DNA of 64,000 nt from Oscillospiraceae bacterium (GCA_015063795.1 SVTL01000001.1:111614-175613), one strand, 5' to 3'; numbered from the stretch's first letter, positions 54,701-62,350 are shown. Numbers and translations are program-made. Notes: generated from the letters alone by a model not told the origin.

Positions 54701-57700
54701 ACGAAGAATACGGCTTGCTTCTTCAGAGCGAATACAAGGTAAATGCTTCTACTACGGTCAGACTTGTCAACACGCTGACGGACGATAAGAAGGCGATTAG
54801 GCAATCCAGCTTATACCTCAACCCCGTGAGTGCAACCGAACACGGAATTGAGCTGTCCCGCGTGAGGTATACTTATGATACGGATGATGATATCCCGGAC
54901 AACAATCACGGCAACTTGATTAAAAAGGAAACAGCTCTGATACTGGGAGACACAACATCCTACCAAATCGAAACTTACACCTATGATTCCAACGGAATCA
55001 ATCTTCTGTCCAAAACCATCTCAGACCTTGTTGACGCGGACGGAAATGCTCTTGCCAATATTACAGAATCCTACGAATACGACTCCATGGGCCGCGTGAC
55101 CAAAATCATTGATGGCAGAGGGAACGCAACCGAAACGTCCTACGACTACCTTAGCCGCATTCTGTCTGTTTCGTCCGGCCCGATGGATGATTCCGGTAAA
55201 CGAGAGACAGAAACGACCTATGCCTATGACGATGTGCAGAACATCACCACCGTCACCAACCCGCTTGGCGGCATCACCGTCTATGACTACGACCCCATCG
55301 GTCGTCTTGTGAGCGTAAAGCAGAAGAGTACTACATCTGACGCCGGAACGGTCGTGAAGAGCTATGAATACGATTCCTACGGCCGTGTCACAAAGGAATA
55401 TAATGCACAAGGGCTTGACACATCGCAGAGAGTCGAGTATACTTATAATGCATGGGGCGAACAGAGCAGCAAAAAGGTATATGACAGCAATAACACGCTG
55501 ATGTATGCCGAGCAGGGCTCATGGAACACCACCGAACCGAATGCATACACTCTCACCGTGGAAGGCGGCAGCGCCGCCGAAAGCTACACCAAGATCACGA
55601 AATCTAACCCTTACGGCGAAGTGATCGAGGAGCAATCCTTCTACGGCGCTTCGACAACGCCTGCCAAGTTCACCTACACCTACGACTACGCAGGCAATCG
55701 CATCGGTGAATATTACACGCAGTATAACGCCGACGGAAGCACCTCCACCGTCCGTATCGCCGAATATACCTATGACGGAAGAGGCAACGTCACTTCCAAC
55801 AAAAATACCTTTGGCGATATTGCCACGATCACCTACGATGCGGCAGGTCGCAAGATCAGCGAAAGCGACTATAAGGGCAACGTGGTGCTGTATACCTACG
55901 ATACAGCAGGACGCTTGATCAAACAGCAAAATCCCATCGGCAATTATTCCACCGCCTATTCCACCACCAAGCATTACTACGACAATGCGAACAATCTCAT
56001 TAAGCAGATGCAGCAGAAGAGCGGCAACGCTTGGAACACGGTGGAGCATACCTATGATTCGCAGAACCGCCTGACCGACACCAAGACGGTGGTGAACGCT
56101 ACAACGAACGACTACGTCCATTACACCTACGACGCCATGGGCAACGCCACTTACGTTTACAGCGGCATGGGCAACCCTTGGCCGTCAGCCATGACCGAAA
56201 ACGCTTTCGCGCTGAATCAGTATGACTACAATGTGTGGGGGCAGAATACCTCTTCCACCAACGCCCTCAACCAGACCGAGTCCTTTGCTTACGATGCCAA
56301 CGGTTTCGTTACGCTTTCGGTCGACAAGGGCGGCAGAGCCACCGCGTATACCTACGACGCCATGGGCCGTGAGATCGAGGCAAAGTACTATTCGACGGAT
56401 GAGCCATCGGCTGATTCCTATCTCTTCTCCACCGTTTCTTCCTACGACCGCTTCGGGCGTGTGCTGACGGTGAGCGAGAATGGCTACACCATCACCAACA
56501 CCTACAGCGGCGGCAACCTGGCAACGCAGAGCGAGAACGGCGCGGTCAAGACCTACACCTACGATCCATACGGAAATAAAACTTCCTTCACGCTCACTAT
56601 GAACGGCGTTCTTCAGCAGAGCGTCGCATACGGATACGATCAGGGCTTCCGCATGACGAGCGTGAGCGAAGGCGGGTATGCCACCAACTATTACTATGAC
56701 AAAAACGGCAACCGCGTGTCGATGGATTATACCGAGACCAACAGCGCTACCTATTATTCCTACAACCAGGCCAATCAGGTGATCGCTCTGCAGAATTGGT
56801 GCTTTACCGATATGGAGACCACCTTCCCGGACATGGAGGAATATTACGCCTACGATCTTTGCGGAAACATGACTACGAAGACGACGTCCGGAGAGACTGA
56901 TTACCCCGCTCTATCCTATTCGTATGACGGAGCCGGTCGATTGATCCGAGAAGAAGAATGGGACGGAGCCGGTCATCCTTATGTTGCGTCCTATTCGTAT
57001 GATCATGCAGGAAACCGCGTGGCCATGAGCGTTTTCGAGGCAACGGAATTTGACTTCGAAATGCTGGAATATGCGTATGATCAGACGAATACAACCTACG
57101 TCTACAACAAAGCCAACCAGCTTACTTCCGAAACCACAAACGGTGTTGTCTCGTCGTATGTGTATGATGCGCACGGCAATTTGACGTCTAAAACGACAGG
57201 CTCGGATGTTGAAAGTTATACTTACGACCGCAAGAACCGTCAGATTGCGTATGATGACGGAGACAATTATTATTCGTATAACTACCGTCCGGATGGTTTG
57301 AGGGCAAACAAGACCGACAATTTGGCGCCTTGCACTACCCACTTTGTCTGGGACGGTATGAACATGGTTTGTGAAAGAGTTGTTGGAGATGTTTGGGAAG
57401 AGTGTAAGAACTACGTCTACGGCATTGGTCTGATCAAAGCGACCATCGGCGGAAGCGAGTATTACTACTTCTTCAACGCTCATGGCGATGTGACCGGACT
57501 TGTCAATGCCTCTTCCGAGCTTTGCGCGGGTTACAGTTACGATGCCTTTGGCAACGCGAAGGGCGCAGGGGGCAGTGTCAGCAATCCCTTCCGCTATTGC
57601 GGTGAATATTACGACACTGAAACTGGCACGTATTACCTCCGCATGAGGTATTACGATCCGAGCATTGGGCGATTCTTGAGTGAGGATCCGATTTGCGATG

Positions 57701-58452
57701 GGTTGAATTGGTACAGCTATTGCGCTAGCAATCCGGTGATGTATGTGGATCCGTGGGGATTGGAGATTTATCTTGTGGGAAATCGAATATCCGAGCGCGC
57801 GGCAAATCCTAAAGATCGATATGATTTTGATTATGACACACAAGTCCTATTGTTAAATCAATTGCAAGAACTAACAGACCATCACTTGGAATTCGATCCG
57901 GAAACTGGGTATGTATTTTATACAGACTCGGATGACGAAATTGAATTTCCGCTTGGAAACGAACTCATAGATCGCCATATCAATTCGGATATGACATTGT
58001 ATTTGGCCAGTTGGTCAGAGACAACATACGTTAACTTAATTGCAAACGAATATGAGGACTATCAGACAAACACAATAGGGGAAGTGAATATTGATTTGAG
58101 CGAAACTAATGTTATTGATTCTCAAGCATTTGATTTTTCCCTTGGGGTTATGAATACCACAAAAATCAAACCTTTATATATTTCGTTGGCTCATGAGTTG
58201 ATTCATGCAGATCGTTTCTATCGCGGAGCAGAAGCATCCTATTATAATTATGATATGACAAATTTGTATATTGCTGGTTTCGTCAAATGCGGTAACTGGT
58301 GTATAAAACCGATATTGAAAACATATACCGCTAAATACAGGGAGTTATATACAGTTGGTGTGCCTTCCGTTGCACGTCATATCAGACCTCATGATATTAC
58401 AGAAAATATGATTCGATTAGAACACGGATTGAATGTGCGGGTTTGGTACTAA
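51769..58452 (+). CDS. Sec-exported RHS/YD-repeat polymorphic toxin (WapA-like) with a C-terminal zincin metallopeptidase tip
   Basis: The start is placed at the ATG at 51769, with a GAAAGGAG RBS 10 nt upstream, giving the signal peptide MTQKIKTNTNAKRIGKRTLSFLLAFTILLTGNLLFVQA. It has dozens of YD repeats (YxYDxxGR/N). The RHS core end reads RMRYYDPSIGRFLSEDPI...NPVMYVDPWGLE, and a 229-aa tip containing HELIH follows. Confidence 0.9.
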   Translation: MTQKIKTNTNAKRIGKRTLSFLLAFTILLTGNLLFVQAVSEQIAQAIPQQTRDISVLMDSLDQYMYFSDAEKKLVSDYVRAQAISSRVSSDNATTAPLAPQPVNSTQTVFTPIRSEVEEPAVPENLYPRILSESVLREIVSSHNSFARCTEEQVQYLLGYLAVQNEKVDTVLALFEDLEEQGYGVYDSVLILQIHSYGIFTLSEAISVYSSYDSRAARDKDVRAFLDFAMNFDIEDDVEEAKLNHIEYTYGPRNGGTYTSASSFAEAKALFLAGYPVKNVRSAYVIGHALGCDPSVIATKEDVSASSLALTSSDARFLAKYAVNLSSVRNQMESGVIVTPIAPLHPSYAIIAPPAVVAPAPAMTSLEELEQRAAVSAELYSMGDGNTVPLAPAREEVQAPYTMVAGENGGVSLNSGASTYAENLFAIPGANGMDINLTLQYSSARAELKTPYMIAHLEVFPYEDEYGNVVPYYEWVYENVTLNDAFTSSFYKIGIGWTFDLPYYFKGYHYYPIHEHPDSDSTVFNGVEYSPILYIPGEGYLKVVENGDFDENNIWNISSYSVTSVNNVVTMQPYDPTDNEDQTIVSVATVSTGRKYYFNHNGHIVKETDRYGNQIIYQYNGNSLVSISNSGGSLNFSYSLENNVRTTTITADMVGSINTTEETEVILTSNKLNGYDNKYSLTSIVKRRALSPSGSNTTSFDYVSESVDFNFWAKVLDEVNNNDNPEDDIAAGYASYRVLLLKNVYGNTENKTTSGSTVSHIRYLYPETSGGINVHFLWGSFAVQSCIQRIGDQTVNRYTYQYTWSENDKIASTATVKKDDDTGVVYTFDEDGTVVKKNSFVFGEYAVSRAPYLPWKEESYTYFGSKPLTRTTTIRYDYATPIITPQEVFHEGYELGCDCGEINGPDGCGHPSEWIDGWTEFVGYDYTFNAVSTTTESWTYDEETRHLTSYKSPKTASESDTEHTTTYIYDAVDDDDDDEEYGLLLQSEYKVNASTTVRLVNTLTDDKKAIRQSSLYLNPVSATEHGIELSRVRYTYDTDDDIPDNNHGNLIKKETALILGDTTSYQIETYTYDSNGINLLSKTISDLVDADGNALANITESYEYDSMGRVTKIIDGRGNATETSYDYLSRILSVSSGPMDDSGKRETETTYAYDDVQNITTVTNPLGGITVYDYDPIGRLVSVKQKSTTSDAGTVVKSYEYDSYGRVTKEYNAQGLDTSQRVEYTYNAWGEQSSKKVYDSNNTLMYAEQGSWNTTEPNAYTLTVEGGSAAESYTKITKSNPYGEVIEEQSFYGASTTPAKFTYTYDYAGNRIGEYYTQYNADGSTSTVRIAEYTYDGRGNVTSNKNTFGDIATITYDAAGRKISESDYKGNVVLYTYDTAGRLIKQQNPIGNYSTAYSTTKHYYDNANNLIKQMQQKSGNAWNTVEHTYDSQNRLTDTKTVVNATTNDYVHYTYDAMGNATYVYSGMGNPWPSAMTENAFALNQYDYNVWGQNTSSTNALNQTESFAYDANGFVTLSVDKGGRATAYTYDAMGREIEAKYYSTDEPSADSYLFSTVSSYDRFGRVLTVSENGYTITNTYSGGNLATQSENGAVKTYTYDPYGNKTSFTLTMNGVLQQSVAYGYDQGFRMTSVSEGGYATNYYYDKNGNRVSMDYTETNSATYYSYNQANQVIALQNWCFTDMETTFPDMEEYYAYDLCGNMTTKTTSGETDYPALSYSYDGAGRLIREEEWDGAGHPYVASYSYDHAGNRVAMSVFEATEFDFEMLEYAYDQTNTTYVYNKANQLTSETTNGVVSSYVYDAHGNLTSKTTGSDVESYTYDRKNRQIAYDDGDNYYSYNYRPDGLRANKTDNLAPCTTHFVWDGMNMVCERVVGDVWEECKNYVYGIGLIKATIGGSEYYYFFNAHGDVTGLVNASSELCAGYSYDAFGNAKGAGGSVSNPFRYCGEYYDTETGTYYLRMRYYDPSIGRFLSEDPICDGLNWYSYCASNPVMYVDPWGLEIYLVGNRISERAANPKDRYDFDYDTQVLLLNQLQELTDHHLEFDPETGYVFYTDSDDEIEFPLGNELIDRHINSDMTLYLASWSETTYVNLIANEYEDYQTNTIGEVNIDLSETNVIDSQAFDFSLGVMNTTKIKPLYISLAHELIHADRFYRGAEASYYNYDMTNLYIAGFVKCGNWCIKPILKTYTAKYRELYTVGVPSVARHIRPHDITENMIRLEHGLNVRVWY
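57763..58449 (+). other. C-terminal toxin domain of the RHS protein: HExxH zincin, NleD/HopH1-like arrangement
   Basis: It begins right after DPWGL (57748-57762). It has HELIH at 58192-58206, then ELYTVG about 50 aa later, then TENMIRLEHG. This stretch is noticeably more AT-rich than the RHS core. Confidence 0.55.
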
Positions 58453-58474
58453 TTTGATTGTTACGGAGGCAACG

Positions 58475-59533
58475 ATGGTTATGAAAAAACGTTTAATAAT
58501 ATTGTTATATATGGTTTTGTTTTTGATGATGGGCGGTTGTCAAGAAGATCTATTTGTTATCCCTTCAGAAACACCGGCCAACACAACGGAATACCACGCA
58601 ATAATCACGGATTCATTGGGGACTCCATCTAAAACATCAAACAATACAACGGCGTGCCAAACAACTAATGAAGAACTTGTTCTTCAAAAGCACTATCGCA
58701 ATTATCCATGGAACCTCAAAAAGGCATTAAATGTCCTTCCGGATGTATATATACAAGATCATTCTGATGAATCATTGCGTAATCAAGTTGTATTGCGTTA
58801 TCGTTCATTGGAGAGTATTCGATGGGCGTTGAAAGACGGCGTGTCATTTCCGATGCTTCGTGGTTCACAACCGTATTACCCAATATCTTTTGGGTATTAT
58901 CGCAGCATAAATACCAATGCTGAATTAGTTTTTGATTCGCAAGGGGGATTTATGTATTATGAAGGCGTACCTTATCGGAGGCAAACCAATACAACGCTTG
59001 ATGAATTCTTGAATAATATTGACGAATGGGGCTTTTATACTGGCCCTATAGGTGAGAATTATCTTGGTTTTGATAGTGTTTATGGTGTGTGCTATGCGTT
59101 ATCTATCCTGGATCCGTCTATTGAAAGCCGGTGCGCGAAGGATTTGTTCCCAACCAAAAACAATGGTATTTGCAAAGTCGGCGAATATGACGATAGCATT
59201 TCAAACGACAGTACGCGAGAGATCGTGGAAAAGAATGGAAGAAATACGATGCTGAAAGCATATGAATCCTTGTGTAACGGCGATGTTCTTCTTCTTGTTG
59301 ACGGCGAGATGGAGTTTGCGTTTCTTGTGATCAGGGGCATGAATGACAAGGGTGAGCTGACTATGGATGGTTTGGCTCCAGGGCATTTGGAGGTTCTTCA
59401 GGATTTTGATTCTGATGGACTTCCGTGTGCAGGACGGTACGCAGCGCCTTTGGACATTACGATTACGCCGGAGCTTCTTTTTGAAAACCACTTTATCCCC
59501 ATCACACATGAGGCGTTGATTGAGGCCGATTAG
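58475..59533 (+). CDS. Lipoprotein; degenerate, His-less homolog of the array-family module (candidate immunity protein)
   Basis: The start is at the ATG at 58475, with a GGAGG RBS 5 nt upstream. MVMKKRLIILLYMVLFLMMGGCQEDL carries a lipobox. It aligns by eye to the array lipoproteins: LRNQVVLRYRSLESIRW, YEGVPY, GFYTGP, GVCYALSI, ICKVGEYD, MLKAYESLCNGDVLLL and NHFIPITHEAL. The GH motif is replaced by EFAFLV and the terminal beta domain is missing. Confidence 0.6.
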   Translation: MVMKKRLIILLYMVLFLMMGGCQEDLFVIPSETPANTTEYHAIITDSLGTPSKTSNNTTACQTTNEELVLQKHYRNYPWNLKKALNVLPDVYIQDHSDESLRNQVVLRYRSLESIRWALKDGVSFPMLRGSQPYYPISFGYYRSINTNAELVFDSQGGFMYYEGVPYRRQTNTTLDEFLNNIDEWGFYTGPIGENYLGFDSVYGVCYALSILDPSIESRCAKDLFPTKNNGICKVGEYDDSISNDSTREIVEKNGRNTMLKAYESLCNGDVLLLVDGEMEFAFLVIRGMNDKGELTMDGLAPGHLEVLQDFDSDGLPCAGRYAAPLDITITPELLFENHFIPITHEALIEAD

Positions 59534-59578
59534 TAATTGTTTAGTGAATTAGTATACAAAGCAAATATTTCGCGAAAG

Positions 59579-59608
59579 AGCCCGGTTTATTCCGGGCTAT
59601 TTCTTTTT
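59579..59608 (+). terminator. Rho-independent terminator of the RHS operon
   Basis: AGCCCGG-tttatt-CCGGGCT is followed by ATTTCTTTTT. The T-run touches the stop codon of the convergent nrdG-like gene. Confidence 0.7.
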
Positions 59609-60104
59609 ACAAATCCATCGCATACTGATTGAGGCTGGCCAAGTTAACCCCGAGAAGCTCGTCATAATGCGGCTTATGTCCCGGCACATACCGACCGAAC
59701 TTGATGATGATGCGGTTTTTGTACTTGGTGAACCTGTGCATATAGCGCAGAGACTTCAGCCATCCGTTCTTCTCGCACTCTCCTTCGGTGTAGCCTGTGT
59801 AGATCACAAAATCGTCTGAGCAGGCCTTGATAAAGCCATAGAGAAGCTGCTTCAGATCCTCAAAGGAATCGAACGGCTCAAGCCCTCCGCAGACCATCGC
59901 TTTCGTGATGGGGTTGGAGAGATAGCGTTCGATGATAGCATCGGTATCAACGTCAATGGAGGTGGTGAGAGCGAGTGCGCCATTGTGACACACCCGCTCA
60001 CCGCAGGCCTCATCGCATTTGAATGAGCAATTCGGGAAGGCTACCAGCATCGACGGCTTTTTGTAGTTGACGAAATCCTCGTCCTGTATTCCCTTAATCA
60101 GCAT
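59607..60104 (-). CDS. nrdG: Anaerobic ribonucleotide reductase activase-like protein (small NrdG type)
   Basis: This is a 165-aa ORF. It has a Cys cluster FPNCSFKCDEACGERVCHN, CGGLEPF (compare SGGEP) and VIYTGYT, all typical of NrdG-type activases. An nrdD C-terminal remnant lies immediately upstream and overlaps it. The Cys spacing is not the canonical CX3CX2C. Confidence 0.55.
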   Translation of the reverse strand: MLIKGIQDEDFVNYKKPSMLVAFPNCSFKCDEACGERVCHNGALALTTSIDVDTDAIIERYLSNPITKAMVCGGLEPFDSFEDLKQLLYGFIKACSDDFVIYTGYTEGECEKNGWLKSLRYMHRFTKYKNRIIIKFGRYVPGHKPHYDELLGVNLASLNQYAMDL

Positions 60105-60246
60105 TTACATTCTCCCATTCGCGCATGGCATATTCTGCCTTCCGCTCCTTGGAATAGGTGCTGATCGGAACATAGAATCCGACAATTCTGGTGTACTCCG
60201 AAACGACAGGGTTTCCGCATTCGGGGCAGAGCGGTATAGAAAACAA
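60094..60246 (-). pseudogene. nrdD: 3' remnant of nrdD (class III ribonucleotide reductase): one Zn-ribbon CxxC plus the glycyl-radical motif only
   Basis: Manual translation gives ...IPLCPECGNPVVSEYTRIVGFYVPISTYSKERKAEYAMREWENVNAD*. This matches the NrdD C-terminal pattern CPxCG...TR(I/V)xG(Y/F)...K..E...R. There is no ATG; the only candidate start is a TTG (60246) inside the upstream terminator U-run. The stop overlaps the nrdG ATG. Confidence 0.55.
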
Positions 60247-60275
60247 AAAACTGCCGCAGACAGAGCCTGCGGCAG
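60245..60275 (-). terminator. Rho-independent terminator of the MFS transporter gene
   Basis: A perfect 9-bp stem CTGCCGCAG / CTGCGGCAG is followed on the minus strand by TTTTTTG. Confidence 0.8.
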
Positions 60276-60298
60276 CCTATGGATTGTATGAGCGGGGA

Positions 60299-61510
60299 TT
60301 ATTCCTCAACCTTACCGGGACGGATCAGGATGAAGTTGACGATCAGCGCGACGGCATAGAGCGCCAGCGTGAAGTAAAGCACATTCTGATATTCGCCGGT
60401 TTTGGAGACGATCAGGTTGGCGATCTGGTTGCCGGTGAGACCGGCGATGGCCCATGCGGAGAGTGCGATGCCGTGGATGGAGCTGATGGCCTTCATGCCG
60501 AACTTATCGGAGAGCAGGGTGGGCAGGTTGGAGAAGCCGCCGCCGTAGCCCGCGTTGACAAAGAAGAGCAGGAGCAGAACCAGAACCACGATCTTGTTGC
60601 CGATGGCGCCGGTGAAGATGGTCAGAGCGGTGAAGAGGATGGAGAGGATCAGGATCACCTTGTAGATGGTGTTGCGATCCTTCATCATATCGCCGGCAGC
60701 GGAGAAGCCGAGACGTCCGGCTGCGTTGAACACGGCCGTCAGAGCGCCCATGATGCTGGCGGCGCCCACCGAAAGACCGATGGCGGTGAACAGAGCCTTT
60801 TCCTGCGAGATCAGAGCCAGACCGCAGGTGATGTTGATGTAGAACACAATCCAGATACCGATGAAGGTGGGATTGGTGAAGATCTTGAAGCGGGAGAAGA
60901 AGTCCTTGACGGGGGTTGCGGACTTTTCGCCGTGAGCTTCCACCCAGCCGTCAGGCTTTTTGAGCAGAAGGTGACCGACAAACATCATCACGAAATACAC
61001 GGCAGCAAGGATATAGAACATGCTGTAAACGCCGACCTTGTCCAGCAGGATCTGCATGATGGGGGTGGCGATGGCCTTGGCCGCACCGAAGCCCGCAACG
61101 GCCAGACCGGTGGCAAGACCTTTTTTGTCCTTGAACCAGAGCATGAGCGTCTTGACGGGGGAGAGATAGCCCAGACCGAGACCGATACCCATGATCACAC
61201 CGTAGCAAAGGAAGATGCCCACGATGGATTTCTGCTGGATGAAGAAGCCCGTTCCGGCCATACCGACCGAGAAGCAGATGGTGGCGATCAAAGAAGAGCG
61301 ATGGATGTCCTTTTCCACCAGGTTGCCTGCGAATGCGGCAGACATACCGAGGAAGAAAATGGCCAGGCTGAATGCCCATCCGACCGTACCCTTGGAGGAG
61401 CCGATGTAATCGGCGATTTCCTTGCTGAACGTGCTCCAGCAATAAACCGTACCGATGCTGCAGTGCAGCAGAAGCGCGGGAATGGCTGCGCGTAACCATT
61501 TGTTGTTCAT
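60299..61510 (-). CDS. MFS transporter (oxalate/formate antiporter-like subfamily)
   Basis: The start is placed at the ATG at 61510, giving MNNKWLRAAIPALLLHCSIGTVYCWSTF. It is about 403 aa with 12 hydrophobic segments visible in the sequence. Confidence 0.8.
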   Translation of the reverse strand: MNNKWLRAAIPALLLHCSIGTVYCWSTFSKEIADYIGSSKGTVGWAFSLAIFFLGMSAAFAGNLVEKDIHRSSLIATICFSVGMAGTGFFIQQKSIVGIFLCYGVIMGIGLGLGYLSPVKTLMLWFKDKKGLATGLAVAGFGAAKAIATPIMQILLDKVGVYSMFYILAAVYFVMMFVGHLLLKKPDGWVEAHGEKSATPVKDFFSRFKIFTNPTFIGIWIVFYINITCGLALISQEKALFTAIGLSVGAASIMGALTAVFNAAGRLGFSAAGDMMKDRNTIYKVILILSILFTALTIFTGAIGNKIVVLVLLLLFFVNAGYGGGFSNLPTLLSDKFGMKAISSIHGIALSAWAIAGLTGNQIANLIVSKTGEYQNVLYFTLALYAVALIVNFILIRPGKVEE

Positions 61511-61569
61511 GGTGAGAAATGTGCCTTCTTTCTTTATGTATTGAATGTATAAAATGAAAACCAACGATC

Positions 61570-61598
61570 ATTATATTCCATTTGTCGGCAAATGTCAA
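61570..61598 (-). promoter_or_regulatory. Sigma-A-like promoter of the MFS gene
   Basis: On the minus strand it reads TTGACA-N17-TATAAT, about 60 nt upstream of the ATG at 61510. Confidence 0.6.
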
Positions 61599-61653
61599 GG
61601 CAAAAAGACAAATTTCCGCAACAGTGAGACCGTGTTTTTCCGTTTTCGGCACA

Positions 61654-61685
61654 CAAAAAAGGTCAGGGACTGACAGCCTGACCTC
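61654..61685 (-). terminator. Rho-independent terminator of the ACP/NERD pair
   Basis: The minus strand has GGTCAGG-ctgtcagtc-CCTGACC followed by TTTTTTG. Confidence 0.75.
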
Positions 61686-61702
61686 ATGTGCGGATTGGAG
61701 TT

Positions 61703-62341
61703 TTAAGCGCGCCCGCTCTGCTTTTCCAAAAACTTGCCGTGCTCCTTCAGCGTTTTTAAAATACGCTCCTGCTCGGGCAGGGAGAGAAAATGGTTCTTCT
61801 TCATGTCGCACATATAGGGGATCAGCCCGTTGGCGGTGAGAAGACCGTTCTGACGCTGGTTGAACTTGACACGGTTGCCCGTGAAGACCACGATGTTGTA
61901 GATCGGCACGTTGGGAATGTTGGCATAGCGGAACAGACTCTTGAGCAGGCGGATGAACACCTCGTTCTGCTCAAAGGGGTTGGTGAAGGGGAAGGAGCGG
62001 TCGTTGCAGATGCGGTACCACGTGTCGTTCTGCGTCACGTCCACAAGCCCGTTTCCCGGAACGGAGCGGATGACGAAAAGGCCGCCCGAATTCAGATACA
62101 GCAGCTCGCTTTTGACATAATAACGCGCGGTGCTGTCACGTCCTCCGCCAAGCAGAGAGATGTCGGGCAGAAGATAGCGGCTGCCGAAGCGCGTTTTCAG
62201 CAGAAGATAGAGAAAATGCTTGTTTTTTCGGCTTCCTTTCAAAATGCTGTCCGCGGCAAAGGAGCAGTACAGCTTATACGAAAAGAATGCGATGAGTGCA
62301 AGAACGATGACGATGGCCAGAACGATAAAAACGATCTTCAT
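61703..62341 (-). CDS. Membrane-anchored NERD-domain protein
   Basis: The ORF-track start is a TTG at 62347; I prefer the ATG at 62341. It has an N-terminal TM helix KIVFIVLAIVIVLALIAFF. A NERD-like core follows: LLYLNSGGLFVIRSVPGNG...WYRI...FTNPFEQNEVFIRLL...IYNIVVF. Confidence 0.6.
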   Translation of the reverse strand: MKIVFIVLAIVIVLALIAFFSYKLYCSFAADSILKGSRKNKHFLYLLLKTRFGSRYLLPDISLLGGGRDSTARYYVKSELLYLNSGGLFVIRSVPGNGLVDVTQNDTWYRICNDRSFPFTNPFEQNEVFIRLLKSLFRYANIPNVPIYNIVVFTGNRVKFNQRQNGLLTANGLIPYMCDMKKNHFLSLPEQERILKTLKEHGKFLEKQSGRA

Positions 62342-62350
62342 CGGCAAACC

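Noticed and set aside
54660-54720. A poly-acidic run (DDDDDDEE) in the middle of the RHS protein.
   Set aside because: It is a short low-complexity insertion within the repeat shell. There is no evidence of a distinct functional element or a slippage-prone homopolymer at the nucleotide level.
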